A stretch of DNA of 64,000 nucleotides, taken from positions 1-64,000 of IMG/VR virus record IMGVR_UViG_3300009790_002068; one strand, given 5' to 3'. A program made the translations under genes and the position numbers. The stretch is from a virus. Shown one piece after another: positions 45,010-55,134 of this stretch. The notes under the pieces are model-generated. The model was not told where the DNA came from. It worked only from the letters and a program-made list of their open reading frames with translations, and did no database searches. The stretch's first letter is position 1. Each line of letters begins with the position of its first letter.

Positions 45010-46317
45010 ATGGCACAGACAAATACAGCAGATAAAAAAATCCAAGCAGGTTGTGAAGTTGGATTTAAGACTGATTCTGCTTTAGATCTACAATGTCGAG
45101 AAAGGCTAATTCAAGCTAGAATTGGACTTCTTATTTTACATCCTTTTTACGGAAATCTTGCTTTAAGGCTTCAGCTTGTTAATGCTGATGCTTGGTGTCC
45201 AACCGCGGCCACTAACGGTAAGAACTTCTTTTACAATACAAAATTTATTGAAAGACTATCAGACGGAGAACTATTGTTCTTGTTTGGTCATGAATTACTT
45301 CACGTTGTTTATGATCACTTAGGTCGTAATGATGGTAGAAATGCTATGTTGGCTAATATTGCCGCCGACTATTGTGTTAACGGAGATTTAGTACAAAATA
45401 AAGTTGGTACTCCTATTCAGGTTGTTCCTATTTTACACGAAACAAAATATTATGGTTGGTCATTTGAAAAAGTATATGATGACCTTTATGAGCAAGTCGA
45501 AAAGAAATATGTTGATATGGACGACTTGATGGACAAAATTTTAGACGAACATTTAGATGAAGATGGTTCAGGTCAAGGTGATGCTAACGGAGAACAGGAA
45601 CTAGACGAAAATGGTAATCCTGTTAGTAAGAGCAAACCTAAAATGACTGAAAAAGAACGTAGAGCTCTTAAAGACGAAATGAAAGAAGCTGTCTTAAATG
45701 CCGCTCAGGCGGCGGGTGGTGCTCAAGCTGGAAATATGCCAGCTGGTATTAAACGTTTAATTGAGCAATGGACTCAACCTAAGATGGATTGGAGAGAGTT
45801 ACTTCAACAACAAATTCAGTCAACAATTAAAAATGATTTTACTTTTATGAAACCAAATCGTAGAAGTTGGCACATGGACGCCGTTCTTCCAGGTATGGAT
45901 TTTGATGAAAAAATTGATATTAGTCTTTGTGTTGATATGTCAGGTTCAATCAGCAATAAAATGATTAAAGACTTCTTTAGTGAAGTTAAAGGTATTACTG
46001 ATATGTACGAAGATTACAGGATTCAAATTTGGACTTTTGATACAGCCGTATATGGTTACAAAGTATTTGATCCTACAAACATTGATGAGTTAATGGACTA
46101 CGAACCTATGGGAGGCGGGGGAACCGACTTTGATGTTAATTGGGAGTTCATGAAAGAAAATGAAATTGAACCTAAGAAGTTTATTATGTTTACAGATGGT
46201 TACCCTTGGGGTTCATGGGGTGATGAAAACTACTGTGATACAGTTTTTATTATTCACGGTGATAAGAGTATTAAAGCACCATTTGGTGTTACTGCTCATT
46301 ACGAGGAGGCGGCATGA
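45010..46317 (+). CDS. DUF2201-like metallopeptidase plus vWA domain protein
   Basis: HELLH zincin motif; MIDAS DMSGS, GGGTDF, FTDG. Confidence 0.88.
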   Translation: MAQTNTADKKIQAGCEVGFKTDSALDLQCRERLIQARIGLLILHPFYGNLALRLQLVNADAWCPTAATNGKNFFYNTKFIERLSDGELLFLFGHELLHVVYDHLGRNDGRNAMLANIAADYCVNGDLVQNKVGTPIQVVPILHETKYYGWSFEKVYDDLYEQVEKKYVDMDDLMDKILDEHLDEDGSGQGDANGEQELDENGNPVSKSKPKMTEKERRALKDEMKEAVLNAAQAAGGAQAGNMPAGIKRLIEQWTQPKMDWRELLQQQIQSTIKNDFTFMKPNRRSWHMDAVLPGMDFDEKIDISLCVDMSGSISNKMIKDFFSEVKGITDMYEDYRIQIWTFDTAVYGYKVFDPTNIDELMDYEPMGGGGTDFDVNWEFMKENEIEPKKFIMFTDGYPWGSWGDENYCDTVFIIHGDKSIKAPFGVTAHYEEAA

Positions 46318-46380
46318 TCTTAACTGGAATCATTTATAGTTTTTTAATATTAATAGCTTATTTGGTATCGGAAACTGAAT

Positions 46381-46680
46381 ATGGAAATTAATCCACTCAA
46401 TGCTTTAAACAAAAGAATAGTAGATATTCTTCCACCACATTTTGAAAAAATTGTTCTGCCTGTTCATTCGAGTTGGGCTATGAACGAAAATATTAGACGT
46501 ATGAAATATTGGATTTTAAAGAACTTAGAAAATAGGTTTTTTATATCCGAAAGTGAAAACTCTATATCAACCTTTACTAATCCAGATGCTAGTATAGTAG
46601 TAGGCTTCGAAGATCACTCCGAAGCCACATATTTTAGTATAGCATATCAGGATAATTCAACCGAAGAAGAACCTTTTTAA
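46381..46680 (+). CDS. hypothetical protein
   Basis: NPLN, PPHF, GFE...EATYF pattern. Confidence 0.6.
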   Translation: MEINPLNALNKRIVDILPPHFEKIVLPVHSSWAMNENIRRMKYWILKNLENRFFISESENSISTFTNPDASIVVGFEDHSEATYFSIAYQDNSTEEEPF

Positions 46681-47309
46681 AGGTCTGTTGAACCTGGATT
46701 AGAATCCAAAGTTTTTCTCCAACCTGATTGTTTTACAAAACAATCCGAAGTCCATTTTGCTAATGTCATTACAAACTGTTCAGGTGGGGTTTGAGCATGA
46801 CTCATCCAAAAATTATTCCATATTTTAGAATAAACCTTATAATCTTCTTGTTCTAAAATGGCAATTATCTCTGCCCTGTCCTCTTCTGAATATTCAGCTT
46901 CTGGTACTGCTAACTCTTTAAGATCAGATAATATTACTGTTAATCCTTCAAATGAATTAGTTAGATAAGTCCTGTAATCATTGACAGTTTTATCCAATTT
47001 TTCCGATTCAGCTGGATCAGATGATAACCCAAATAATTTGTTAGTGTAAATTACGTCTAATAATATACGATCTTGTACTGTATATGTCGCTTGACATCCA
47101 ATTACAGGATATGCTAATTGGAAATACATATCAGGATCTATCTTATTAGGTGCTTCTAGCTTTGGTTCTTTATCTAAATTATCTTCCGTTGGAGTACTAG
47201 CGAACAAAATGTCCCTAGCAATAACGGTACCTGGAGTACTAGCAAAGACGTAGAAAGGAAATAATGTCAGAAATATAATTAAATAAATCTTTTTATAGTA
47301 AATAAACAT
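46677..47309 (-). CDS. hypothetical protein with signal-peptide-like N-terminus
   Basis: AAGGAG RBS on the minus strand; hydrophobic N-terminus ending VFA-S. Confidence 0.55.
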   Translation of the reverse strand: MFIYYKKIYLIIFLTLFPFYVFASTPGTVIARDILFASTPTEDNLDKEPKLEAPNKIDPDMYFQLAYPVIGCQATYTVQDRILLDVIYTNKLFGLSSDPAESEKLDKTVNDYRTYLTNSFEGLTVILSDLKELAVPEAEYSEEDRAEIIAILEQEDYKVYSKIWNNFWMSHAQTPPEQFVMTLAKWTSDCFVKQSGWRKTLDSNPGSTDL

Positions 47310-47371
47310 AGTATATAATGACTCCTTTCTTAATGGTCATATATGTACTTATCATAAGGAGATATCACAAA

Positions 47372-47749
47372 ATGACAACTGAAGAAACAAATAAAGACAA
47401 TGTGAACACAGAAGCACCGGCAACTGATGCCACTGCTTCTACAACTACTGCCCCAAAAGAAGGACAGCCAGGCGCTGGACAGGCGGCAGGATTAACTATT
47501 GGCGATTTACGTTTAATGGCTAGACTTGTACAAATATCTAGTGAACGTGGAGCCATTAGAGCAGACGAAATGGCAACTGTAGGAGACTTGTATAACAGAC
47601 TATCACAATTCTTAAATACAGTAGCACCTGTGGCACCTGCTCCACAACCAGCTGACAGTACAGCACCAGAATCAACTGATGCTCCAGCTGAAACAAATGA
47701 GGAATCTGTAGAAGGTACTGAAAGTACAGAAGGCTCTCAAGGAGAATAG
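47372..47749 (+). CDS. acidic hypothetical protein
   Basis: AAGGAG RBS; core LTIGDL...RGAIRA.EM..VG.LYNRL..FL. Confidence 0.7.
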   Translation: MTTEETNKDNVNTEAPATDATASTTTAPKEGQPGAGQAAGLTIGDLRLMARLVQISSERGAIRADEMATVGDLYNRLSQFLNTVAPVAPAPQPADSTAPESTDAPAETNEESVEGTESTEGSQGE

Positions 47750-47751
47750 TA

Positions 47752-48387
47752 ATGGCCGTAAGTGTAAAACACGTAGGTACTCACAATGGTAAAAAAATTG
47801 TAGTCCTATTTAGACAGACTCCAAACGAAGATCATATGGCGTTGGTTGTATACTCAGATAGTATGCCATCAATAGTTCATGATGCCGTAATGGAATCTGT
47901 ACAAAGTGATGTAGGTCAACAAGCTGAAAATCTTGCTGATGCTCTTCAAAGAAAAACTATGCCTGATGGTAGAGTAGCTTTAACAGTACTACACCAAGAA
48001 GGGTATATTAAAAAAGTACAGACTAATCAAGTTATAATGACACCAAATGCTAAATCTACAGTAAGATTAGATGAGCTAAATGATGTTGTTAATAAATTAA
48101 AAGCAGGCGGTGAAGCCGCTGATAAAATGAGAGAACTAGATCAAAATGCTGGTATGGTCTCGCCACAACCTCGTGGTAGAGATGTAGGTGAACCGTCAAA
48201 CGTTCCATCTGCTTCAAATAACCAAGCACTAGACGACTCTCAATTGGCTGATAGTTTACTAAACCAGGCTAAAGGATTTGAAGATGAGGCGGTGAAGTTA
48301 AGAGAACAGGCGTATGATTTAAACCCTGACCTTAGACCACGTCGCGGTCGACCAAGTAAGAAGACCACGTCTGATGCCACAGCCTAA
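47752..48387 (+). CDS. hypothetical protein with C-terminal AT-hook-like motif
   Basis: AAGGAG RBS; RPRRGRPSKK. Confidence 0.7.
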   Translation: MAVSVKHVGTHNGKKIVVLFRQTPNEDHMALVVYSDSMPSIVHDAVMESVQSDVGQQAENLADALQRKTMPDGRVALTVLHQEGYIKKVQTNQVIMTPNAKSTVRLDELNDVVNKLKAGGEAADKMRELDQNAGMVSPQPRGRDVGEPSNVPSASNNQALDDSQLADSLLNQAKGFEDEAVKLREQAYDLNPDLRPRRGRPSKKTTSDATA

Positions 48388-48700
48388 CGAAGATAAGAAC
48401 TACGATAAAATAGTTCAAAGCCAGTGGGACCTACTTCTAAAAGAAGTATCTATGGAAGATGTGCCATTGGAATTGCTGAACCAAGTTTTAATACATTTTA
48501 AAGATGGTACAGTTAAGTCAGTTGATATTTCCAAAATTGCTGACTCTAAAACAGACTATCGTAAATTAGAGTCAGCACTTCAACGGCAACTTGATAAGAT
48601 GTCACACAAGATTACTCACGTAGATTGGTTAATGGATAGTAAAAAGATTATTGACCAAGTTGAGTCAGCTAAAGACGAATTGTTTAAAGACAGAAAGTAG
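48374..48700 (+). CDS. hypothetical protein
   Basis: overlapping ORF. Confidence 0.6.
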   Translation: MPQPNEDKNYDKIVQSQWDLLLKEVSMEDVPLELLNQVLIHFKDGTVKSVDISKIADSKTDYRKLESALQRQLDKMSHKITHVDWLMDSKKIIDQVESAKDELFKDRK

Positions 48701-48734
48701 GGCTACAACTCCGGAGCGGGAGACGTACAACTAT

Positions 48735-49268
48735 ATGAAATCGAAATCACAAACTATTAGATTAAATGATCCAAATGTCTTAAAAGACTTTTTAGAGCTT
48801 TGTAGGCACATGGGCTTCTTAAACAATTCTAGTTTATCAGCAATTAAATGGCAATGGTTATTAGACAACGGTGGTAGTTGGTGGGCTACACAGGTTGGCG
48901 ATCATATAGCATCTATTAGTGGTATCCATCCTTTCAAAGATGGTTACAGAGCTTTGTTTAGAGGCGTTCAAACATACCAAAGGCCAGCAGGATTAAATAA
49001 ATATCATATGTCAAGTTATCCGTTTGCTGAGCATTTACCTTTACAAATGGAATGGGCCGAAATAATGACAGACAATTCGGAAGTTCCAATATATATTACA
49101 ACTAATGTAGAAAATGATGCTAGTGGTAAAATGCTAAGAATCAATAAAGTATTCCATTTACTAGAAAAGTCAAAAATAGTTGACTTTGTAGGTGAAGAGG
49201 ATGTATACTATACTAAACAATCAATATGGAAGGTAAACAAAGAAGAATATCATGGACATAGATCTTAA
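48735..49268 (+). CDS. hypothetical protein (possible GNAT-like fold)
   Basis: IASISG.H, YITTN, VYY..Q.IW. Confidence 0.5.
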   Translation: MKSKSQTIRLNDPNVLKDFLELCRHMGFLNNSSLSAIKWQWLLDNGGSWWATQVGDHIASISGIHPFKDGYRALFRGVQTYQRPAGLNKYHMSSYPFAEHLPLQMEWAEIMTDNSEVPIYITTNVENDASGKMLRINKVFHLLEKSKIVDFVGEEDVYYTKQSIWKVNKEEYHGHRS

Positions 49269-49479
49269 ACATTTAAAGAAAATTAAATCAGGATATTTTA
49301 AGCATTTTGCTTATGCTACCTATTATAATTTTTTAGCACTATTAGTTTTTATTACAGGAACTATTCATAGTATCTTTCCGTTTATGTTTGCCCTTACACC
49401 TTATAAACTAGCAAAGATGATAACAGATGGAACTGAAAGAAACTTTATCAAACATTCTAAAGAACGGGACGACTCTTAA
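49252..49479 (+). CDS. small membrane protein (DUF6356-like)
   Basis: HL......YF.H...A ... IHSIFPF. Confidence 0.55.
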   Translation: MDIDLKHLKKIKSGYFKHFAYATYYNFLALLVFITGTIHSIFPFMFALTPYKLAKMITDGTERNFIKHSKERDDS

Positions 49480-50137
49480 GAGTTCTGGAACTACCGGTCC
49501 CCAAAAAGAAATTTTCCAATCTCCTGAAAAGTTATACCATGCTAATGCTATAGCCGTTAACTCTCAGAACATAACAGAAAAATCTAAAATTTATACCGTG
49601 TGTAAAATGGCTCATGCCGGAGGACTACTTGCCCAAACATTACCAGCATTTTCTATTGGTGCTAGTGTGACCGTCGTAGACTTTAATGCTTACAAGTTTT
49701 TAAAAGATATAACAAACTATACCCACACACATTTAACACCAACACACGGGCGTATTTTAGCCCTTACAAAGGGTTTTAAACACCTCGACTTAACAGGTAT
49801 CCATGTTACTTGTGGTAGTGATCCTGTGCCTTGGGAAATGATAGAATCATTTGTTTCTAAAGGTGCTACGTTTACTACTAATTGGGGAATGACAGAAATA
49901 GGACCATGTGCTATTAATACTACCTTTACTAGTTTGGAACAAATTGAAGATTATAAATCTAGAGAACTAGTAGGTGCTACATTTTTGGGCGATCGAACGT
50001 ATTGTTATGTAGATATTAAAGACGGCGAATTATATGTCAAAGGAGACATAAGTGTATACGGTAATGAATGGTTTGCTACAGGAGACAATGTCGCTGTAAA
50101 CAGCAACGGCGAGTTTTATTACTATGGACGAATCTAA
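49427..50137 (+). CDS. truncated AMP-binding (ANL) enzyme
   Basis: SSGTTG..K, HAGG, WGMTE, WFATGD, GR; no C-terminal subdomain. Confidence 0.8.
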   Translation: MELKETLSNILKNGTTLKSSGTTGPQKEIFQSPEKLYHANAIAVNSQNITEKSKIYTVCKMAHAGGLLAQTLPAFSIGASVTVVDFNAYKFLKDITNYTHTHLTPTHGRILALTKGFKHLDLTGIHVTCGSDPVPWEMIESFVSKGATFTTNWGMTEIGPCAINTTFTSLEQIEDYKSRELVGATFLGDRTYCYVDIKDGELYVKGDISVYGNEWFATGDNVAVNSNGEFYYYGRI

Positions 50138-50891
50138 ATTAATCTTTGTAAGTTTTGAACAATCCACTGGCGGATACGGAATAGCTAGAACTATTTGTTC
50201 CTTGCCAGATGTGTATTGGTATAGTCATCCAGATAACGGAAAACAACCCTGGAATATTCATTTGGATATGGATACATTTTACGATTCAGACACTTATGTT
50301 AAACAAAGACTAGTAACTCCAAGACACTTTGATCGCTGGATAAATGGTGTTAAATTACCCCCAACTTGGGACTATGTAAAAGACTATTTTCCTGATCATG
50401 AAGGTTATTTAAGAGCCATCTTTTTTCCTGCCATTGAAAAAGCACAGCGACAGACGTCTAAGAAGCTGGTTTTTACCACACATTTAAGCACTTTTCAGTT
50501 AAGGCAGTACTTTGGTACTAGTGCCTGCTTAAACGTGCTGTACGACCCTTTAAAAGCGTTTAAACGCCATATTTTAACCACTAGTAAGTTCTTAGCATAT
50601 AACGTAATGCCTGGTTTAGCAGACCCTAATAACGAATATGTTAAATTTTTGGAAACCATAAGAACCAAAAAACCAGACTTTAATAATGCTGATGTTTGGG
50701 CTATGAAAAAGCACTATGAACTATATGATGACGAGAAACATAGAGCACAATATCATGCTGAAATTTTAGAAGAAAAAGAAACCCGATTAGCTGTAAGAAA
50801 AATATTGGGTGAAAAGGATAATACTATCTGTACTATCCATCAAGATAAAGTAGATTGGAAAAAAGTTAAGACTTATTTGAATTCGTTATAG
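50124..50891 (+). CDS. hypothetical protein (possible sulfotransferase-like P-loop fold)
   Basis: long ORF; N-terminal FVSFEQSTGG only weakly suggestive. Confidence 0.5.
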   Translation: MDESKLIFVSFEQSTGGYGIARTICSLPDVYWYSHPDNGKQPWNIHLDMDTFYDSDTYVKQRLVTPRHFDRWINGVKLPPTWDYVKDYFPDHEGYLRAIFFPAIEKAQRQTSKKLVFTTHLSTFQLRQYFGTSACLNVLYDPLKAFKRHILTTSKFLAYNVMPGLADPNNEYVKFLETIRTKKPDFNNADVWAMKKHYELYDDEKHRAQYHAEILEEKETRLAVRKILGEKDNTICTIHQDKVDWKKVKTYLNSL

Positions 50892-51883
50892 AATTTAATA
50901 CTAGCAAGATTTTTCATTTTGCTTTCACACATAATATCAAAATCTTTAGTAAATGTCCAAGCCCATTCATTAACAGGCTTGTTCCAATAGTAATCAGAAT
51001 GGCCACGTAACTTGCCTTTCTTGTAACCACTTTCAAGTAGTTTATTATAATCGGGTTTTACGTCGATCGGATGATCGATAATATAGTTTTCACGACTAAT
51101 GCTATAATGGCAAACAGGCCGAACGCCACGCCAAGAATCAATAACACGTCTAATCCTGTCGTCGCTTGGAGTAATATATTCTCCGGCACTATGAACCCAG
51201 TGGTGGTGTATGTCGACAACTAATGCTACCTCCTTTTCAAGTTCGAGTGAGGCGTCGAGGCCCCACGAGTTTTCATCGTTTTCAATAGTAAGTGTGTTTC
51301 GTGCTTCTGTAGACAATCTTGGAAGGACGGCTTTGATACCGGCTGGACCTTGTCTGCCTGAGATGTGGACGTTACACTTGAAGTCCTGCCAGTTTTTACC
51401 GTAACCCATGTACCTGATGAGATCCGCATGATATTCAAACTCCTCTATACTTCTATTTACTATATCTGGATTGTCACTTGCTAATACTGTAAATTGTCCA
51501 GGATGAAATGACAATCGAACATTGTGTTTTCTAGCTAGGTCGCCTACCTTAATAAGATGTTTCTGACAATAAGCAATTACATCTGGCTTGGTCCAATAGT
51601 AAGACCAATCAGGATGTGTATATACAGGAAGACAATCTGAGCCTAAACGTACCATTCTAAGTTCTGGCTCTAGTGTTGTAACATACTCTACAAGATTGTA
51701 ATACGATTGGATATTATGTACCATAATATCCCACAGACGGTCTTCAGCAACTTCTTTAGTTTGCCTATTAAGCCATTGTACGGTTGTAGATCTAGTATTC
51801 AACGGACGCTGAATATCTTCTAGTAGTTTTTTCTTTTGTGATTGATCTGGGTGTAAATATTTACAAGCAAAGCCTATCTTCAT
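50873..51883 (-). CDS. uvsE: UV damage endonuclease UvsE/UVDE
   Basis: IGFACK, RLSFHPGQF, N.H, LTIENDE, DIHHH, H.S, HSDY, MCESK.K. Confidence 0.92.
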   Translation of the reverse strand: MKIGFACKYLHPDQSQKKKLLEDIQRPLNTRSTTVQWLNRQTKEVAEDRLWDIMVHNIQSYYNLVEYVTTLEPELRMVRLGSDCLPVYTHPDWSYYWTKPDVIAYCQKHLIKVGDLARKHNVRLSFHPGQFTVLASDNPDIVNRSIEEFEYHADLIRYMGYGKNWQDFKCNVHISGRQGPAGIKAVLPRLSTEARNTLTIENDENSWGLDASLELEKEVALVVDIHHHWVHSAGEYITPSDDRIRRVIDSWRGVRPVCHYSISRENYIIDHPIDVKPDYNKLLESGYKKGKLRGHSDYYWNKPVNEWAWTFTKDFDIMCESKMKNLASIKFYNEFK

Positions 51884-51923
51884 TAGTATACCTAACTTAA
51901 ATTATAGTAAAATTATACTACAA

Positions 51924-52550
51924 TTAAATAGGATAGTCAACCAAAAATGATTCTAAGCCTTCGTATGTATCTTTACTCCAATTTGTATATTTGTCCCACT
52001 CTTCTGGTGATTTCCATTCTGGAGAATTAATAAAAACAAATTGTGTTTCTGGAAAATGCTCAAATAGTTTAGCACTATGGTAAATCCAAAACTGTGGATC
52101 TACAGCATCATCTGATTTTTTCTTATACCCATTTGTATCTGAGTATATATTGTTTTGTTCGTTATGGGCGTTGCCCCATAAATCAAAACCTAAGTGTATA
52201 ATAATTTCGTGTCCTTTTAAACAGGCTAATAAAGCCGAATAATGTCCACTTCCCCAATGCTCTGGTTTGTCTGCTTTGTTTGGACCTAAGTAAGGTAAGT
52301 CAGGAACAACTTGAATTGAAGGATCGTTATTATTTTCCTTCCATCTAGCCCTAGTATGTAAGAAGCTAGTTTTTTCTACTCTCCGACTAACAGCTTCCCC
52401 CAACATAATCTTATCACAACAAACAAGATAGTCAACGTGCTGTTCTCTATGAATAGCATTAGAGCCATATGTAACTCCTGCTACATTTAAGCGTCTAATA
52501 TCAAATCCTATTCTACTTCTTCCGTTACCTATTACGAATCCAGGTCTCAT
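51924..52550 (-). CDS. hypothetical protein (GT29/MptE-like Rossmann motifs)
   Basis: VIGNG.SR, YGSNA, GSG, LGFD. Confidence 0.55.
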   Translation of the reverse strand: MRPGFVIGNGRSRIGFDIRRLNVAGVTYGSNAIHREQHVDYLVCCDKIMLGEAVSRRVEKTSFLHTRARWKENNNDPSIQVVPDLPYLGPNKADKPEHWGSGHYSALLACLKGHEIIIHLGFDLWGNAHNEQNNIYSDTNGYKKKSDDAVDPQFWIYHSAKLFEHFPETQFVFINSPEWKSPEEWDKYTNWSKDTYEGLESFLVDYPI

Positions 52551-52742
52551 TTACTCTCCAAATGTTGACATTAAAGCAGGCCCAAATGTTGTAAAAGCAT
52601 ACGTCAAAGCTACGATTGTTATTACACCAAATATTAACCATTTCATTTTAAAATCATCAACTACCATTTTAAAACCTATAAGTTCGTTACCTAATACTCT
52701 TACAGACATTTCAATTTTGCCTTCATCTTCTTTATTACTCAT
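52551..52742 (-). CDS. small membrane protein
   Basis: RVLGNELIG followed by a TM segment. Confidence 0.6.
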   Translation of the reverse strand: MSNKEDEGKIEMSVRVLGNELIGFKMVVDDFKMKWLIFGVITIVALTYAFTTFGPALMSTFGE

Positions 52743-52875
52743 CTACTTCATCCTCGGTTAATATATTTCCATAGTTTGGCCATCCATAATCATCAGGACT
52801 TTCGCCAACGTATCTCCAACGGATTACTCCGGTGTCTGGATTACGTTCATAAATTTTTTCTCTCTCATCAATCAT
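52735..52875 (-). CDS. 46-aa protein (absent from the ORF track)
   Basis: MIDEREKIYERNPDTGVIRWRYVGE...; overlaps both neighbours in operon fashion. Confidence 0.55.
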   Translation of the reverse strand: MIDEREKIYERNPDTGVIRWRYVGESPDDYGWPNYGNILTEDEVDE

Positions 52876-54319
52876 CTTCTACTACTCCAAATTTAGCCCA
52901 TCTACTGTTTTCTAAACATATCCACCCAACAGGTTCGCCTATTGAAGGTTTAGAATTCCAATGAATGTCACCAAAGACTCCACTATGTCCTGGGACCGAA
53001 GGTCCGTCTGTGTAAGTTCTACTATTTAGAACTGGATTTTTAATAATAGTTTGAGAAGGAGTAATAGTAACTTTAGTTTCTTTATTAACTCCTATCTCTA
53101 AATTGTGATCTCTATTAGTTCCAAGCCAACCTGTACGATTCTTGTTCTTCCCAACTGTAACTTGGACCTCTTCATCCCATATATCTAATGGTGCTGTGGG
53201 TTCGTCGGTATTAACACCTATTCGACCTAATGGTGAAAAGTATATAGTATTTGCTAGTCTACTTTCTCCAGCAACTTCTAATTCTCTTAAAGTTCCTACT
53301 TTTCTTAAATTACTTGATATAACTGTACCACCTAAAGTATTTTCATCTAGAACAGTTCTTTTTCCTATTTGTATACTTCCGCCTTCTGGAATTATACTTT
53401 CTAAATTTACTCTAGTATTCATATATTCTACTAAATGGTCTTTTAATGTGTCAGGAATAACCATATTACCTCTAACTTCTAAACCATCTAATACAGTTAG
53501 CTTACCATGAACATCTACGTTCTTTCCTGCTAACACGTTATTGTGTAATTCTGTTTGTCCTTTTAGTATAGTTTCGTTTTCAACTTGTAAACTATCTGAA
53601 CTTGATTTGCCATGAACTGAAATACTAGTACCTTCAATTTTTCTTGCTGAAAAATTATCAGATGTTATAGATGTCTGTTCATTGTTAACAGTAATTCTTG
53701 TTTCACTAGCATTATCTGTTATACCTTGGCTTTTAAATTCTTTTAATGGACCAGGTTGAATTTGATCTTGTGGGATTTGGAATCCTGACCAGTCAATAGC
53801 ACCATGTGGTATTTGACTAGGATTAAATTCTACTTCAATTCCTCTAGAAAACTTTGCTGGACCTTTAAATTCTGTTGGACCTATAAATTCGTTATCGCCT
53901 TTAGTAGTTAACTTACCAAGCATAAGTGTATCACCACTTAATAAAGACGAGCCAACAATGTCTAATATTTTTGCTCGTAATTGTTTGCCTGCTTCTATGC
54001 TATCTGCTACTTTAATGTTTTTAGATGTAAGATTGTTTTCAACTACTACGTTATCTTTTGAAACTCTAAGCTGTAAGTTTTCACTAGTATCTTCTATGCC
54101 CGTTGACATAAAATCTCTAAAACTATATGCTGAAAAGTTTACCTTATTTGCCGGAATATAACCATTATTATAAATGTCATCAAGTTCTCTTTTAGGAATC
54201 TGCTCTTTGATAATGTTTTGAACAGTTTCTTGAAAATTAATACTTCTAAGGGCTACTAATACCGCACTTTTAACCGACTTGGATACCGTTTCCTCTACTA
54301 GTTCTTCTGTTGTTTTCAT
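52868..54319 (-). CDS. putative virion structural/fibre-like protein
   Basis: two F.S.GI.D.S repeats, beta-helix-like stretches, SNLRKVGTL..L.V, IGVNT..P...LD, C-terminal GDI.WN..P..G...GW.C. Confidence 0.6.
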   Translation of the reverse strand: MKTTEELVEETVSKSVKSAVLVALRSINFQETVQNIIKEQIPKRELDDIYNNGYIPANKVNFSAYSFRDFMSTGIEDTSENLQLRVSKDNVVVENNLTSKNIKVADSIEAGKQLRAKILDIVGSSLLSGDTLMLGKLTTKGDNEFIGPTEFKGPAKFSRGIEVEFNPSQIPHGAIDWSGFQIPQDQIQPGPLKEFKSQGITDNASETRITVNNEQTSITSDNFSARKIEGTSISVHGKSSSDSLQVENETILKGQTELHNNVLAGKNVDVHGKLTVLDGLEVRGNMVIPDTLKDHLVEYMNTRVNLESIIPEGGSIQIGKRTVLDENTLGGTVISSNLRKVGTLRELEVAGESRLANTIYFSPLGRIGVNTDEPTAPLDIWDEEVQVTVGKNKNRTGWLGTNRDHNLEIGVNKETKVTITPSQTIIKNPVLNSRTYTDGPSVPGHSGVFGDIHWNSKPSIGEPVGWICLENSRWAKFGVVEDD

Positions 54320-54327
54320 TGATTTTC

Positions 54328-55098
54328 CTATTCATAATTAATTGAAATAACGTGTTCAAATGTTTTATTAATTAGCGGTTTATAAAACACACTCTTATGG
54401 ATCGTGAATCCCGTTGATCCAGCATCTGTGCTAAATTTCGCTAATTGTTTAAAGAACATCGTTCTCCTTGCTGTTGTACAACTATTAACCAAATTAGATT
54501 CTTCTAAATGAACCCAGTGATTTATGTACGTTTGTCTGTCCATCATTCCCCAGCTTCTGTGATTGATAAACAAATTCTGTTTTCCATTAATATTAATTGT
54601 TAAAGGTAAGTCTGACATTCTGCTTTGGCTTGATTGATTTTTATAATCAACTAAACTAGTAACAAATCTGCCTTTAGTTACTTTAGCAATCATTCCTATA
54701 AACTGTCTTTGCTCTTCTTCGGTATTAAAGTATGTTAGTATTTGATCTAAACCTAATACAACGTCATATGTATTGCCATTTGCTACTTCTTTTTCTAAAC
54801 CATCTTCGTCCATGTTTATTGAAAGATTGAGGTCTTTAAAAGTAGTAGAATATACTTCGTCACAAACATCAGTACATAATATAGCTTTAACGTTATGGCC
54901 TCTTTGAGCTAAACCCATTGTAACTAAATTACAGCCTAAACTTAAAACATTATAAATTTTAGGATGTGTTCCTTTAGCATAACCCAATACAGAGTCTATT
55001 ATCTGGGTTTTGACTTCAGCTATTTCTAGTGTTTTCTTAGGGTTCGCTTCTATAACTCTTTTTAATGCTTTGTTATAGACTTTATCAGGTATGTTCAT
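54328..55098 (-). CDS. methyltransferase-fold hypothetical protein
   Basis: VLSLGC and YDVVL.LD resemble degenerate SAM-MTase motifs. Confidence 0.5.
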   Translation of the reverse strand: MNIPDKVYNKALKRVIEANPKKTLEIAEVKTQIIDSVLGYAKGTHPKIYNVLSLGCNLVTMGLAQRGHNVKAILCTDVCDEVYSTTFKDLNLSINMDEDGLEKEVANGNTYDVVLGLDQILTYFNTEEEQRQFIGMIAKVTKGRFVTSLVDYKNQSSQSRMSDLPLTININGKQNLFINHRSWGMMDRQTYINHWVHLEESNLVNSCTTARRTMFFKQLAKFSTDAGSTGFTIHKSVFYKPLINKTFEHVISINYE

Positions 55099-55134
55099 AT
55101 TTTTATCTTTTTCTTGAGTTAACTTTATATAATA

